Below are positions 9,374-18,344 of a DNA stretch of 64,000 nt, in pieces; position 1 is the stretch's first letter, and every line of letters starts with the position of its first letter. The position numbers and the translations under genes are program-made. The stretch lies in the sequence record MN453779.2; one strand, written 5' to 3'. The notes below the pieces were generated by a model. That model saw only the letters and a program-made list of their open reading frames with translations, was not told where the DNA came from and did not search any database.

Positions 9374-9454
9374 ATGATAAAAGGAATTTCTATACTAATA
9401 ATCTTTGGGATGATTATATTACCATTTATTATACTGATGGAGAATTTATATTGA
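9374..9454 (+). CDS. Micro-ORF (26 aa), hydrophobic, not in track
   Basis: MIKGISILIIFGMIILPFIILMENLY; GGAGG SD; abuts the previous stop and overlaps the next start. Confidence 0.45.
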   Translation: MIKGISILIIFGMIILPFIILMENLY

Positions 9455-9699
9455 CATTTATTATAGAGTTTAGCTTAGGGTTTCTTCAGTTCATCAAAGA
9501 GTACTGGGTAACTGTTTTACTGGTATCTTGTATTTTTATTATCTTCGATATTATCGATCTAAAGAAACGCGAACATAAATCTGTTAGACAACATCGTGCT
9601 ATGTTATTTTGGTTATTTATCCAATATAACGTTATTACGGTAGTCTTCGGATATATTCTATTACTTGTCGGTAAGACATTTCACTTTATAGTAAGTTAG
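9451..9699 (+). CDS. Small membrane protein
   Basis: TTG start, two hydrophobic segments. Confidence 0.55.
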   Translation: MTFIIEFSLGFLQFIKEYWVTVLLVSCIFIIFDIIDLKKREHKSVRQHRAMLFWLFIQYNVITVVFGYILLLVGKTFHFIVS

Positions 9700-9708
9700 G
9701 AGAATTAA

Positions 9709-9981
9709 ATGGATTTTCTCGCGTTTATTACCAGTCAAGACTTTTTGTTCTGGGCGCTTATGTTTGTAACTATTGCAGTGGCGTACTTGTTCTCACTACT
9801 ACGAGTTATTCTAGTTGATGTCAAAGACACTAAACTTGCATATGGTCCTTATTGCAAGAATCTGAAGTTGTTGTATAAACCCTATAAGCAATGTTTTAAA
9901 GAAGCTTTCACCCAAGAGTGGAAGACTATGTTTTTGTTTGTAGTAATTTACATTAGCTACTTCTATTACCAATTCGGTTAA
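9709..9981 (+). CDS. Small membrane protein
   Basis: AGGAG SD; N- and C-terminal hydrophobic segments. Confidence 0.65.
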   Translation: MDFLAFITSQDFLFWALMFVTIAVAYLFSLLRVILVDVKDTKLAYGPYCKNLKLLYKPYKQCFKEAFTQEWKTMFLFVVIYISYFYYQFG

Positions 9982-10042
9982 TTTCATTTGGAGGTGGGAA
10001 ACTACCTCCAAACTCTTTATGTTTTAATATGGGATTTTAATA

Positions 10043-10693
10043 ATGAGTAAATTGGTTCTAGCATTTGATATAGATGACACCTTGGCGGTCACTGGCGGCT
10101 ACATTAATAAAAAGATTAAAGAGTTCTTCAAACAAAATGGCATGAAAGAAGAACTTGAATATGTACTTGCTAATGAAGAAAATGTTTCTACTATGTTGTA
10201 CCCAGCTTGGATTAAGAAACACGTAGATAAAGAGATTATCGGTCCTGGTTTTTACATGCTCGAAGCTGCTAAGACAGCTCTGTGTTCTGCTTTTTCTATT
10301 GGAACATTAGAAGCATTGCTGGAACATCACGGGGATGATATCATCGTTTCGGTTTGCTCACATCGTGGTTTCCATCCTTATGGTGAAATCTACACACGTC
10401 AGTGGTTGGACGAAAATAAACTTCTTCATCTGTTTGAAGATATTCATATGCTGGATTCGTCTGTTCAACCAGATAAAGTTTCTTTCCTTAAGGAAACTTA
10501 TCCTGATCATGAAATCTTGTTGATTGACGATAACCCAATGTCCAAGCATCTGGGTGAAGTAATTCCTCATCATGAAGAAATTATCATTTATGATGAAGAA
10601 CATAAACTTGACGCTTATGTAAATCAAACCAGGTATCAATCACCTAAACAACTTTCACGTTTGATTATGGATCGACTGGAACGTCTTCTATAA
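10043..10693 (+). CDS. HAD-superfamily phosphatase (5-prime-nucleotidase-like)
   Basis: Motif I AFDIDDTL, a Lys in PDK, motif IV LIDDNP. Confidence 0.8.
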   Translation: MSKLVLAFDIDDTLAVTGGYINKKIKEFFKQNGMKEELEYVLANEENVSTMLYPAWIKKHVDKEIIGPGFYMLEAAKTALCSAFSIGTLEALLEHHGDDIIVSVCSHRGFHPYGEIYTRQWLDENKLLHLFEDIHMLDSSVQPDKVSFLKETYPDHEILLIDDNPMSKHLGEVIPHHEEIIIYDEEHKLDAYVNQTRYQSPKQLSRLIMDRLERLL

Positions 10694-10704
10694 GGATAAT
10701 AAAG

Positions 10705-11190
10705 ATGGAACTCAAATTCCTTTCCGTTAATATTAATACCATTAAGAATGTACTTAATGAAAAACAGATCGCTAAAGTTATTGAATTGCAAAACAACTTG
10801 ATCAAATGGGAAATTGAAAACAAGAAGTTTTTATGTGATCAAGAAACTTTATCCCCACTATCCACAGATATTAACGGTTTACTCAGACGCGATTGTCAAG
10901 TACTTTATGTCGCTATTAATCCTGTTAATAATCTACCAGTAGCAATTACTGTGGCTGAACCACATCCTGATAATAGAGAAATTTGTGGACTGATGTCGGT
11001 CTGTGTTGAACCTATGTACAAACGGGAAGGAATTGGTTCTCAATTGATGAACGAAATTAAAGAAGATCTTTCTAGTAATGGATTTAAAGAGATCGTCTTG
11101 TTTTTAGATTTTAGAAGTCCAGAAGCTTTGGGGTTCTATACAAGTTTAGGTTTTCAGTTAACTTTTGCAAACGCTTCGTTAGGGATTTAA
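10705..11190 (+). CDS. GNAT acetyltransferase
   Basis: Acetyl-CoA motif VCVEPMYKREGIGSQLM and ALGFYTSLGF. Confidence 0.85.
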   Translation: MELKFLSVNINTIKNVLNEKQIAKVIELQNNLIKWEIENKKFLCDQETLSPLSTDINGLLRRDCQVLYVAINPVNNLPVAITVAEPHPDNREICGLMSVCVEPMYKREGIGSQLMNEIKEDLSSNGFKEIVLFLDFRSPEALGFYTSLGFQLTFANASLGI

Positions 11191-11191
11191 A

Positions 11192-11725
11192 ATGACTTGT
11201 CAAGTATCAATGATTTTTGCTAGCGATAAAAATTCAGGAATAGGCCTCAATAATAAACTACCATGGGATTCAATCCCAGAAGACATGGAATGGTTTAAAC
11301 AATGCACAATGGGTAAGACTGTTGTAATGGGTAGAAAGACTTGGGAATCTCTTCCAGAGCGTTTTAGGCCACTTCCTGGGCGCACTAACGTTGTCTTAAC
11401 TTCTAATACTGATAACTTTATTGATGCAATTGTTTCACCATCGATAGGAGCAGTGTTGGAACGATTTAAAGATGAGAAAGAAATTGTTGTAATCGGCGGT
11501 GGTGAAGTCTACAAGTCTTTTGCTCCATATGTCACAAGAGTCTATCAAACCAACATTCTTGACAAACACCGCGTTGATGTTAGAATGGAAGTTGAATGTG
11601 ACGATTGGGACCTTATTTATTTTGACGCCAGGAAAGGCCAAGATGGTCCCATATTCCAAATATTCGAAAAAATAGATGGAAATGAAGAATTAATAATTAG
11701 TGTTGAAAATATCTTACCTCTATAA
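11192..11725 (+). CDS. folA: Dihydrofolate reductase
   Basis: GIGLNNKLPW, EDMEWFK, VVMGRKTWESLP, RPLPGRTNVVLT, VIGGGEVY. Confidence 0.95.
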   Translation: MTCQVSMIFASDKNSGIGLNNKLPWDSIPEDMEWFKQCTMGKTVVMGRKTWESLPERFRPLPGRTNVVLTSNTDNFIDAIVSPSIGAVLERFKDEKEIVVIGGGEVYKSFAPYVTRVYQTNILDKHRVDVRMEVECDDWDLIYFDARKGQDGPIFQIFEKIDGNEELIISVENILPL

Positions 11726-11751
11726 TTTTTCAAACATATATTATTAAGATG
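11718..11751 (+). promoter_or_regulatory. Early promoter (CTATA subtype)
   Basis: CTATAATTTTTCAAACATATATTATTAAGATG at the end of folA, upstream of the ClpP-like gene. Confidence 0.65.
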
Positions 11752-11783
11752 GATAAGTAGAAAAGGTATTTAGGAGAACCCCG

Positions 11784-12515
11784 ATGAGTGAAGAACAAAA
11801 AGTAGAAGAAGTTGTTGAAAGACCCACCTGGGACACATATTCACTATGTGGTGAGATAGAATACTCCGCGATCGATAACTTCGCTAGTTTATTGCGTTCT
11901 AAGGATCCCGGCACGCCAATGATTTTGCTAGTTAGATCTGGTGGTGGCTCTAGTAACCCAGCAAACACTATCACAGATATGATCAACGCCCAACATTGCA
12001 AAAAAGTGATTATTGGTTTGTCTATGGTTTGTTCCGCAGCGTGGGTTCTGTTTACCCCTTTGCAAGCATTAAGACTTTGTTACAGGACATCATTGTTCAT
12101 GCAGCATCAATCAACGTACAGTATTAAAGGTGTTTCGCGGGACGAAGCTAATATGACAATGGGTGTTCAAAACCACCTCACCTACACTATGGACGATATG
12201 TTTAAGGAAGGGTTTGGGATAGACGATAAAACTCTACAAAAACTTATTGCTAAAGAAAGTTGGATTTCTTCCTCCGAAGCTTTGTTCTTTGGTGACCGCG
12301 GTATAGTTGACGGCATTATTGCTAAGGAGTTAAGAACTGAAGATTACATCGTTCTTACCAGGGACGGTTATAAGCGTATCGATGTTAATGAAGTTTATAA
12401 CTCTTATCTCCTTAGACGTCATCCCCTTCTGACGGAAGAAGAGTGTGAAGAGTTTGGACTCAAACAACATGTTCCAGTTCCTGTTGGATTGAAGTTCCCT
12501 AAAGCTTTTGCTTAA
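11784..12515 (+). CDS. clpP: ClpP-like serine protease (S14/crotonase fold)
   Basis: VRSGGGS, CSAA (catalytic Ser), FMQHQ (His), ESWISSSEAL...GIVDGI. Confidence 0.75.
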   Translation: MSEEQKVEEVVERPTWDTYSLCGEIEYSAIDNFASLLRSKDPGTPMILLVRSGGGSSNPANTITDMINAQHCKKVIIGLSMVCSAAWVLFTPLQALRLCYRTSLFMQHQSTYSIKGVSRDEANMTMGVQNHLTYTMDDMFKEGFGIDDKTLQKLIAKESWISSSEALFFGDRGIVDGIIAKELRTEDYIVLTRDGYKRIDVNEVYNSYLLRRHPLLTEEECEEFGLKQHVPVPVGLKFPKAFA

Positions 12516-12567
12516 TGTTTAACACAAGTCTAGTAATGTAAACCTATAATTAAATAAGGATCTGATC

Positions 12568-14121
12568 ATGTCTATTTTGACCGAACAAACCTTTACCAAT
12601 AAAGAAGAAACCCGCGCCATTATTGATGAAGTTATCCAAATGGCGTATGAAAGCGTTTGTTCCACCATGGGTCCAAACGGAAGTTATGCGGTTATTAATC
12701 AGCTCAATAAACCGAAACTCACTAAAGATGGCGTGTCGGTAGCTAAGGCACTGGACTTCAACGAAGCACGCCGAAACCTCATCGCTGATGTGATCAAAGA
12801 ACCTTCTATCAAAACTGATCTGGAGGTCGGTGACGGCACTACTACTACTGTATTCCTGACTTACAATCTTTACAAAATGTTTAAAAACAAAATGGGTTTC
12901 ACCCAAACTCGTTTTGTTGACAAACTGGTTAAAGAAGCGATAGAAGAGATCAACAAGCTGATTATCCCAGGTGATATTCATTCTGACACATTCCGCAAGA
13001 TGTTGATGACAACATCTAACTACGAATCAGAAATCGTAGATAAGGTACTGGAGATTTATCAAACCCACGATAATCCCAATATCCGCTTGGAAAACTGTCC
13101 GACGCTTCCTGCTGATCAGATTGTGGAAACCAAGGAAATTCTGTTCCCGGGGAATTATGGTAAAGATATCTTTACTCCTCCACATCCTGGTATTTTGAAT
13201 GTTCCTCTGGAAGCTAAGTGCCCAGTAGTGATCATTGATGGTGTTGTTAATATGATTGTTGTTAACAAGCTTATCGGAGCGTTCACTGGTTATAATAACG
13301 TAGTAATGTTTGCACGTAGTTTTGAACCTATCGCGTTGAGTGCTTTGCAATCTATTAATGGTCAAGGTGCCACTAAGTTCATCCCGTTCAAAGTAGAAGC
13401 TGCTGGTTCTCTTGGTAGTAATATTCTATCTGAACTGGGTAAGCTAGTAGGTGTTACTCCTGTTGTGGGTGTAGAAGAGATCTATGAACGTGAAACGGTA
13501 GAATTGGCCAGATGTTCATTTATCCTCACTACGCAAGGTGTTATGTTCACTAAGGAAGATCCGGTTATTAGCAAAGTAGCCGAAGAGATCCTTTCTGAAC
13601 TTGTACCTCGTTATGAGAAAATGAATGCCATTGACAAGCAAACACCAATCGGATTGTCTTTGTTTACTCGTATCTCTCGTCTTCGTGCTAATAATGTAAC
13701 TATTAAAGTTACTGGTACAGTTCCGTCGGAAGCTACTGAACGTTACTACCGTTATGAAGATGCAATGAAAGCAGCCAAGACCGGCTCCATTTATGGTATC
13801 CTTCCTGGTATTGGTTGGGGTTATCTAACTGTTGCGCAAACACTACTTTCCAAATATGGAGCGCTTGAACTAACCCAAGAGCAACAAGATTTGGTGTTGG
13901 ATTTCACTTCAGTGTTAACCCAACCGTATCTTCATCTCACTGGGAACACTTTGGAGAACATCAAGTTCCTTGATTTGGTAACAGGTTTGGAAGAAGAAGT
14001 CCCAACTGGTGTGTTTGATAACGCGGCGGCAACAATGACAGCTTTGACTGGTGGCTGGGCTTGCTGTAAGACTCTTGCTAAGATTAACAATATCATGGGT
14101 CGTTCTAGCAAATCCTATTAA
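12568..14121 (+). CDS. groEL: GroEL-like phage chaperonin
   Basis: TMGPNG, TKDGVSVAK, GDGTTT, EDA, GILPG; no GGM tail. Confidence 0.92.
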   Translation: MSILTEQTFTNKEETRAIIDEVIQMAYESVCSTMGPNGSYAVINQLNKPKLTKDGVSVAKALDFNEARRNLIADVIKEPSIKTDLEVGDGTTTTVFLTYNLYKMFKNKMGFTQTRFVDKLVKEAIEEINKLIIPGDIHSDTFRKMLMTTSNYESEIVDKVLEIYQTHDNPNIRLENCPTLPADQIVETKEILFPGNYGKDIFTPPHPGILNVPLEAKCPVVIIDGVVNMIVVNKLIGAFTGYNNVVMFARSFEPIALSALQSINGQGATKFIPFKVEAAGSLGSNILSELGKLVGVTPVVGVEEIYERETVELARCSFILTTQGVMFTKEDPVISKVAEEILSELVPRYEKMNAIDKQTPIGLSLFTRISRLRANNVTIKVTGTVPSEATERYYRYEDAMKAAKTGSIYGILPGIGWGYLTVAQTLLSKYGALELTQEQQDLVLDFTSVLTQPYLHLTGNTLENIKFLDLVTGLEEEVPTGVFDNAAATMTALTGGWACCKTLAKINNIMGRSSKSY

Positions 14122-14137
14122 TATATTTGCGGGGTTT

Positions 14138-14169
14138 GGTGGGGGAGTTGAATCTCCCCCATCTTTTTT
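14138..14169 (+). terminator. Rho-independent terminator
   Basis: GGGGGAG/CTCCCCC stem plus T6, after groEL. Confidence 0.75.
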
Positions 14170-14194
14170 AACATATTTATTTTTGGTAAAACAT

Positions 14195-14446
14195 ATGAAT
14201 ATAGCGGCTCAACGCAGGGCAAACCTGCTAAGTAACACTAATCTGGTATTAATGTTTAGTTTGGTTTTTATAGCAGGTATAATGACCTTAGTTCACAGCA
14301 ACCAATTCGGTTTATTTTTGTTTGTTTTTACTTTAATTAGAGTTGGCCAAATGTTATTTATGGACGTCAAATGGGTAGTAAGTCCAATAACAATGATGAT
14401 CATTGTCTGTGTATCAATAGGAAACGTAATAGGGTATCTCATTTAA
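14195..14446 (+). CDS. Small multi-pass membrane protein
   Basis: Start moved to ATG 14195; three hydrophobic segments. Confidence 0.6.
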   Translation: MNIAAQRRANLLSNTNLVLMFSLVFIAGIMTLVHSNQFGLFLFVFTLIRVGQMLFMDVKWVVSPITMMIIVCVSIGNVIGYLI

Positions 14447-14458
14447 AGGGATAGGTAA

Positions 14459-14737
14459 ATGAACTGTAGTGTAGAATTGAAAACTATCAAAAATGATTTT
14501 GTTAAGTGGTTGGAAAACAATACTTTAACTTTTATCTTCACAATTATTACTGCTGTACTGGTTTGTGTTTTAACCTACAGTTACGTTCCTTATCATATAG
14601 GAGTTTTCTACGGACCTTTCTCCATAATAGCTTTAGTAATTCAGGGAAATAAATCTAATTACCTTTTCCATCCATTAATGTTTCTTGCTTGGATTATCGT
14701 GGTAGTTTGTGAAGTTACTAGGATCATTATTATTTAG
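14459..14737 (+). CDS. Small multi-pass membrane protein
   Basis: Three hydrophobic segments, AAGGGA SD. Confidence 0.6.
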   Translation: MNCSVELKTIKNDFVKWLENNTLTFIFTIITAVLVCVLTYSYVPYHIGVFYGPFSIIALVIQGNKSNYLFHPLMFLAWIIVVVCEVTRIIII

Positions 14738-14763
14738 ATTAATAACTTATAAGAGAGAACGAG

Positions 14764-15438
14764 ATGGCTAAGAAAATTTATTTGCAGTATGGTTGTATGA
14801 ACAGTTCGAAAACTGCCAGTATGATTATGACACATTTCAATTATCGGGAACAAGGTCAAAACCCGATGATTCTAAAACCCAGTATTGATAACCGAGAAGG
14901 TACCGAACCTCTGGTTAAATGTCGTGCTGGTCTCTCCGCACATGCGGTAGTGTTTACTCCAGATACCAACCTGTTCTTTCTAGCGGCTAAACTATCCGGC
15001 GCTAAAGAAATTGATTTCAATCGATTAAACAAGCTGGTGGCTGAGACCGAAACTGAACATGAACAAATGGTTAGGTTCGGACAAGGTTTTGATAAAACCG
15101 TAGATTGTTTCCTAATCGACGAGATTCAATTCCTCACTATCGAACAAGCTAAACAGATTACCGACATTGCTGACTATCTCGATATTCCAGTGATGTGTTT
15201 TGGTCTTCGTAACGATTTCCAATCTAACCCATTCCCCGCTTCTGCTTATCTTCAAGCAAATGCCGAAGAGTTAAAAGAAACAAAAGGAATGTGTTTCTGC
15301 AAGCGAAAGGCAACACATGTTCTTCGAGTGGATGACGAAGGCAACGTGATCAAAGAAGGTGAACAAATCTGTGTTGGCAACAATGACAGATATCATAGTG
15401 TATGTCGTTACCATTATAAAGCAGGAGTTTTCAGGTAA
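14764..15438 (+). CDS. tdk: Thymidine kinase
   Basis: YGCMNSSKT, LIDEIQF, GLRNDF, Zn ligands CFC...CR.HY. Confidence 0.92.
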   Translation: MAKKIYLQYGCMNSSKTASMIMTHFNYREQGQNPMILKPSIDNREGTEPLVKCRAGLSAHAVVFTPDTNLFFLAAKLSGAKEIDFNRLNKLVAETETEHEQMVRFGQGFDKTVDCFLIDEIQFLTIEQAKQITDIADYLDIPVMCFGLRNDFQSNPFPASAYLQANAEELKETKGMCFCKRKATHVLRVDDEGNVIKEGEQICVGNNDRYHSVCRYHYKAGVFR

Positions 15439-15439
15439 C

Positions 15440-15480
15440 ATTTAAGATCCATGAAATTTCAAACCTATATTACTATAGTG
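15440..15480 (+). promoter_or_regulatory. Early promoter, consensus copy (TTTAAGATCC subtype)
   Basis: TTTAAGATCCATGAAATTTCAAACCTATATTACTATAGTG contains the phiKZ early-type TATATTAC. Confidence 0.75.
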
Positions 15481-15539
15481 ATAAATAGAAGAGATATTTT
15501 AATCACTTCTTTAACTTAACCAAATATAGGAATGAAATC

Positions 15540-15965
15540 ATGAACACTGTAAACACTGAAGCTCTGAAAGCTGCTGTCAATACTTCTTCCATCCTGGGTC
15601 AAATGGACACCGAACAGAACTCCTTCGCTCAGATGGTTGAAGTAAGTAAGAACGAAGCCCTGCTGGGTGAAAACACTAACATCGCAGCCGCAATTGCCGG
15701 CGTCGGTCTGGCCGTTGGTTTGGAGTTGATCTCCACCAATGGTAACAAACTCTCTGCTGCTGTAGCTGGGCTGACTGGCGGTGCGGTAGTATATGCAGCT
15801 AAAGACGCACTGCGTGGTTATCAGTCTACTGGCACTGCCGTAGTGGCTGGTCTTGTTGCTTACAAGCTGTCGGCAATGGCTGGACGTACTGTGTCGAGTT
15901 ATTTTCCACAAGTAAATGTAGTGGAGCGTGTTATCGAAGTTCCAGTACAAGGTAATGTGGAGTAA
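15540..15965 (+). CDS. Gly/Ala-rich putative membrane protein
   Basis: 141 aa, three small-residue hydrophobic helices; flanked by its own promoter and terminator. Confidence 0.75.
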   Translation: MNTVNTEALKAAVNTSSILGQMDTEQNSFAQMVEVSKNEALLGENTNIAAAIAGVGLAVGLELISTNGNKLSAAVAGLTGGAVVYAAKDALRGYQSTGTAVVAGLVAYKLSAMAGRTVSSYFPQVNVVERVIEVPVQGNVE

Positions 15966-16011
15966 GCTCCGTTGGGAGCTTACAAATAAACCCCCAGTGG
16001 GTTTATTTTTT
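15962..16011 (+). terminator. Tandem hairpins / terminator
   Basis: GTAAGCTCC/GGAGCTTAC stem, then AAATAAACCC/GGGTTTATTT stem plus T-tract. Confidence 0.7.
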
Positions 16012-16085
16012 GTTTCAAAGATACTATGAACCTTAGGTAGACTTAATAGTTTACCTTACTTTATTTTATTTATAAGGATACGTTT

Positions 16086-16895
16086 ATGACTCAGCTTATT
16101 GATCCCCGTCAATACTTCCTTGACATCATTGCTAAAAATCGTTTAACCTCAGCTAATCAAGCCGGTGTTCAATTGCAGATTGATATTGCCAAAGCACGTT
16201 ATGAAAACCTTGATATCTCTGAAGTTGTATTCACTAACGAACGGTTTGATGAAACTTCTGGTCAATGGAGTGTCGACATCGAATGTAAAGGTCGCGGTTA
16301 CATTATTAGTGATCTTAAGTTCACATCTGGCACTCTTGCACCCATGATTAAGCAGAACGCCGTACAAGCCGTTGAGGAGCTTCTGAAGATCACCACCCCT
16401 GGGTTCTATATTCATAACGATCAACTTTATCTCCTCGCTCCTAAAGAAATGGAAGTTGCAGAGATGTTGGCGTGGACTGGTTACGACATCACCGAAAAAC
16501 ACTACGTTGTAGTAGAGAACGAAACTCGTGATGAAGAAACTAAAGCAGATGCTGAGATCCAAGTTTCTTACAGCTTCTTGAAAGGTAAGATTCTTGTTAC
16601 TTATCTGGATGTGGTCCTTTCTGAGCCGGCAGTAGATCTGGAACAAGTGGGTATGAATCACGATGTTGAGAAACTTGAACAAGCTCAACTTGACCATGAA
16701 GAACCTTCTGTTGAAGAACACCAACCAGTAACTGACGAAGTTGTTCAGGACGAAGAAGTCCAGCAAGAACAAACAGTTGCCGAAGAAGAATCAGTTGTTG
16801 AAACTGTGACTGAAGAAGTACATGCTGTACAGGAAGAGGAAGTTAAAACCACTGTTCAGCAAGTACAATATACTCGCAAAAACAAACGTCGCTAA
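16086..16895 (+). CDS. Hypothetical protein with acidic low-complexity tail
   Basis: 269 aa; last ~75 aa E/V/Q-rich, ending RKNKRR. Confidence 0.8.
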   Translation: MTQLIDPRQYFLDIIAKNRLTSANQAGVQLQIDIAKARYENLDISEVVFTNERFDETSGQWSVDIECKGRGYIISDLKFTSGTLAPMIKQNAVQAVEELLKITTPGFYIHNDQLYLLAPKEMEVAEMLAWTGYDITEKHYVVVENETRDEETKADAEIQVSYSFLKGKILVTYLDVVLSEPAVDLEQVGMNHDVEKLEQAQLDHEEPSVEEHQPVTDEVVQDEEVQQEQTVAEEESVVETVTEEVHAVQEEEVKTTVQQVQYTRKNKRR

Positions 16896-16906
16896 GACTA
16901 TCTAAT

Positions 16907-16947
16907 AGATCCTCTTAGCCAGACGGCTAAGAGGATCTTTCCTTTTT
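16907..16947 (+). terminator. Rho-independent terminator
   Basis: 14-bp stem AGATCCTCTTAGCC/GGCTAAGAGGATCT plus T-tract. Confidence 0.85.
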
Positions 16948-16981
16948 ATAATAACTAACACACGGGACTATTTTCACTATT

Positions 16982-17013
16982 CTATATATTTTCAGACCGA
17001 TATCATTAAAGTG
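16982..17013 (+). promoter_or_regulatory. Early promoter (CTATA subtype)
   Basis: CTATATATTTTCAGACCGATATCATTAAAGTG. Confidence 0.55.
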
Positions 17014-17058
17014 TTATTGCACGATGGTCTTTTCATTCAAGTATAGTGAGAGTAGAAA

Positions 17059-17721
17059 ATGATTATGATTAATGAGAGAAATATAGTTAACGCTTTGGCA
17101 TTAAGTATAGGTGAAGTTAACTACACTGGTGATGATAGACTCTATATTTACGAAGTCAATCAGGTTCTAAATCGCTATAAAACTAATCTATACAACATGA
17201 TGGATGAAACCAAATCCAATGTTGATCCAGCCACTGTGATACAATTTGTTCTTCGAAGTTCTATAGACATTAGTGGACAAGGGATGATAATCAACCTGGT
17301 AAGAAAGAACCCCACAATGTTAAAGGTTTACGGGACACGCGCATACGGACCAGAGGTTTATGTCGAATATGAACCATTTCAATGCACTATAGATATTAGT
17401 GATAAGTTTCATTCTGAAGCTTTGATGGGTATTAGAAAAGATTTGTTTGCTAGAGAAACAGGAACCGATAAACGCCCGGCGTGGAAAACTTGTCATGAAT
17501 CTATGATTTCCCATCCAGATGTTTTAGAAACTAGAATGTCGGTCAGTTTCCAATTAATCAAATCAGGTCATACGGACGGATGTCTTTCTATTCTTATGTC
17601 TGGAATAATTTATCCTGAAGTTCTTGATAAGGGAAGGGCTAAACTACCCATGCTGTTTGACCATGGTGAGAAGAGTAAACAAAAACAACGCCAACCAAAC
17701 TCTTATTACAAGAACGCATAA
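17059..17721 (+). CDS. Hypothetical protein
   Basis: 220-aa ORF. Confidence 0.7.
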   Translation: MIMINERNIVNALALSIGEVNYTGDDRLYIYEVNQVLNRYKTNLYNMMDETKSNVDPATVIQFVLRSSIDISGQGMIINLVRKNPTMLKVYGTRAYGPEVYVEYEPFQCTIDISDKFHSEALMGIRKDLFARETGTDKRPAWKTCHESMISHPDVLETRMSVSFQLIKSGHTDGCLSILMSGIIYPEVLDKGRAKLPMLFDHGEKSKQKQRQPNSYYKNA

Positions 17722-17746
17722 TTATAACAAGAAAAGGGACTCGACT

Positions 17747-18334
17747 ATGAAAAAAGATGTTTCCATGAAAGATACCATAACTGAGCTTAGCACGGATAAC
17801 ACTGGTTTTTACGGTGTTCGTTTTGGAGCTTTGGGTGAACCTTACATCACTTTATATAAAGATAGATTTAATCTATTGGGGTTTGATGCGAAGCTTTGTG
17901 CAAAGGTATTTGGATTCATTCATCGTTCAACAGCTATTACTATTGAAATCTCATGTCAAACTTTAAAACTGACTTTCTTTTCAAAGGGATGTGAAATAGG
18001 AAATAGTTTTGCAATTGCTGTTAACGAAACTGACTACACAACACGCAATATGAACCAGTCTGATGCGCTTATTTTTATTAAGAGAGAAATCATATCCAAC
18101 TGCATGGATAAGATCCTCGATCTTCCCTCAAGGCGTCGTAAAGCGTTGTGTGCATTGTTGTCGTTAATCAATGATGAACATGTTACTAAATATAAGATAG
18201 GACATCGTTATAAGCTAGTTAAACATCGCGGTAGATTTAGATTGTTATTTGGAGATACTATCGCTTCTGATGTTAACTGTATAGAAGAGTTAACTAAAGA
18301 TATGTTTGTTCACCATTATCCAGCGCTTGTATAA
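17747..18334 (+). CDS. Hypothetical protein
   Basis: Start moved to ATG 17747 after an AAGGGA SD to remove overlap. Confidence 0.65.
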   Translation: MKKDVSMKDTITELSTDNTGFYGVRFGALGEPYITLYKDRFNLLGFDAKLCAKVFGFIHRSTAITIEISCQTLKLTFFSKGCEIGNSFAIAVNETDYTTRNMNQSDALIFIKREIISNCMDKILDLPSRRRKALCALLSLINDEHVTKYKIGHRYKLVKHRGRFRLLFGDTIASDVNCIEELTKDMFVHHYPALV

Positions 18335-18344
18335 AAGAAATAAT

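Noticed and set aside
11784-12515. ClpP-like protein as the head maturation protease
   Set aside because: Early-promoter context, and a gp175-like protease is present at 55643-56497
12550-13365. Antisense ORFs within groEL, and the many similar short nested ORFs across the window
   Set aside because: Fully nested opposite well-supported genes, with no motifs or expression signals
16149-16772. 207-aa antisense ORF
   Set aside because: Shadow of the codon-biased 16086-16895 gene; F/L-rich, no SD
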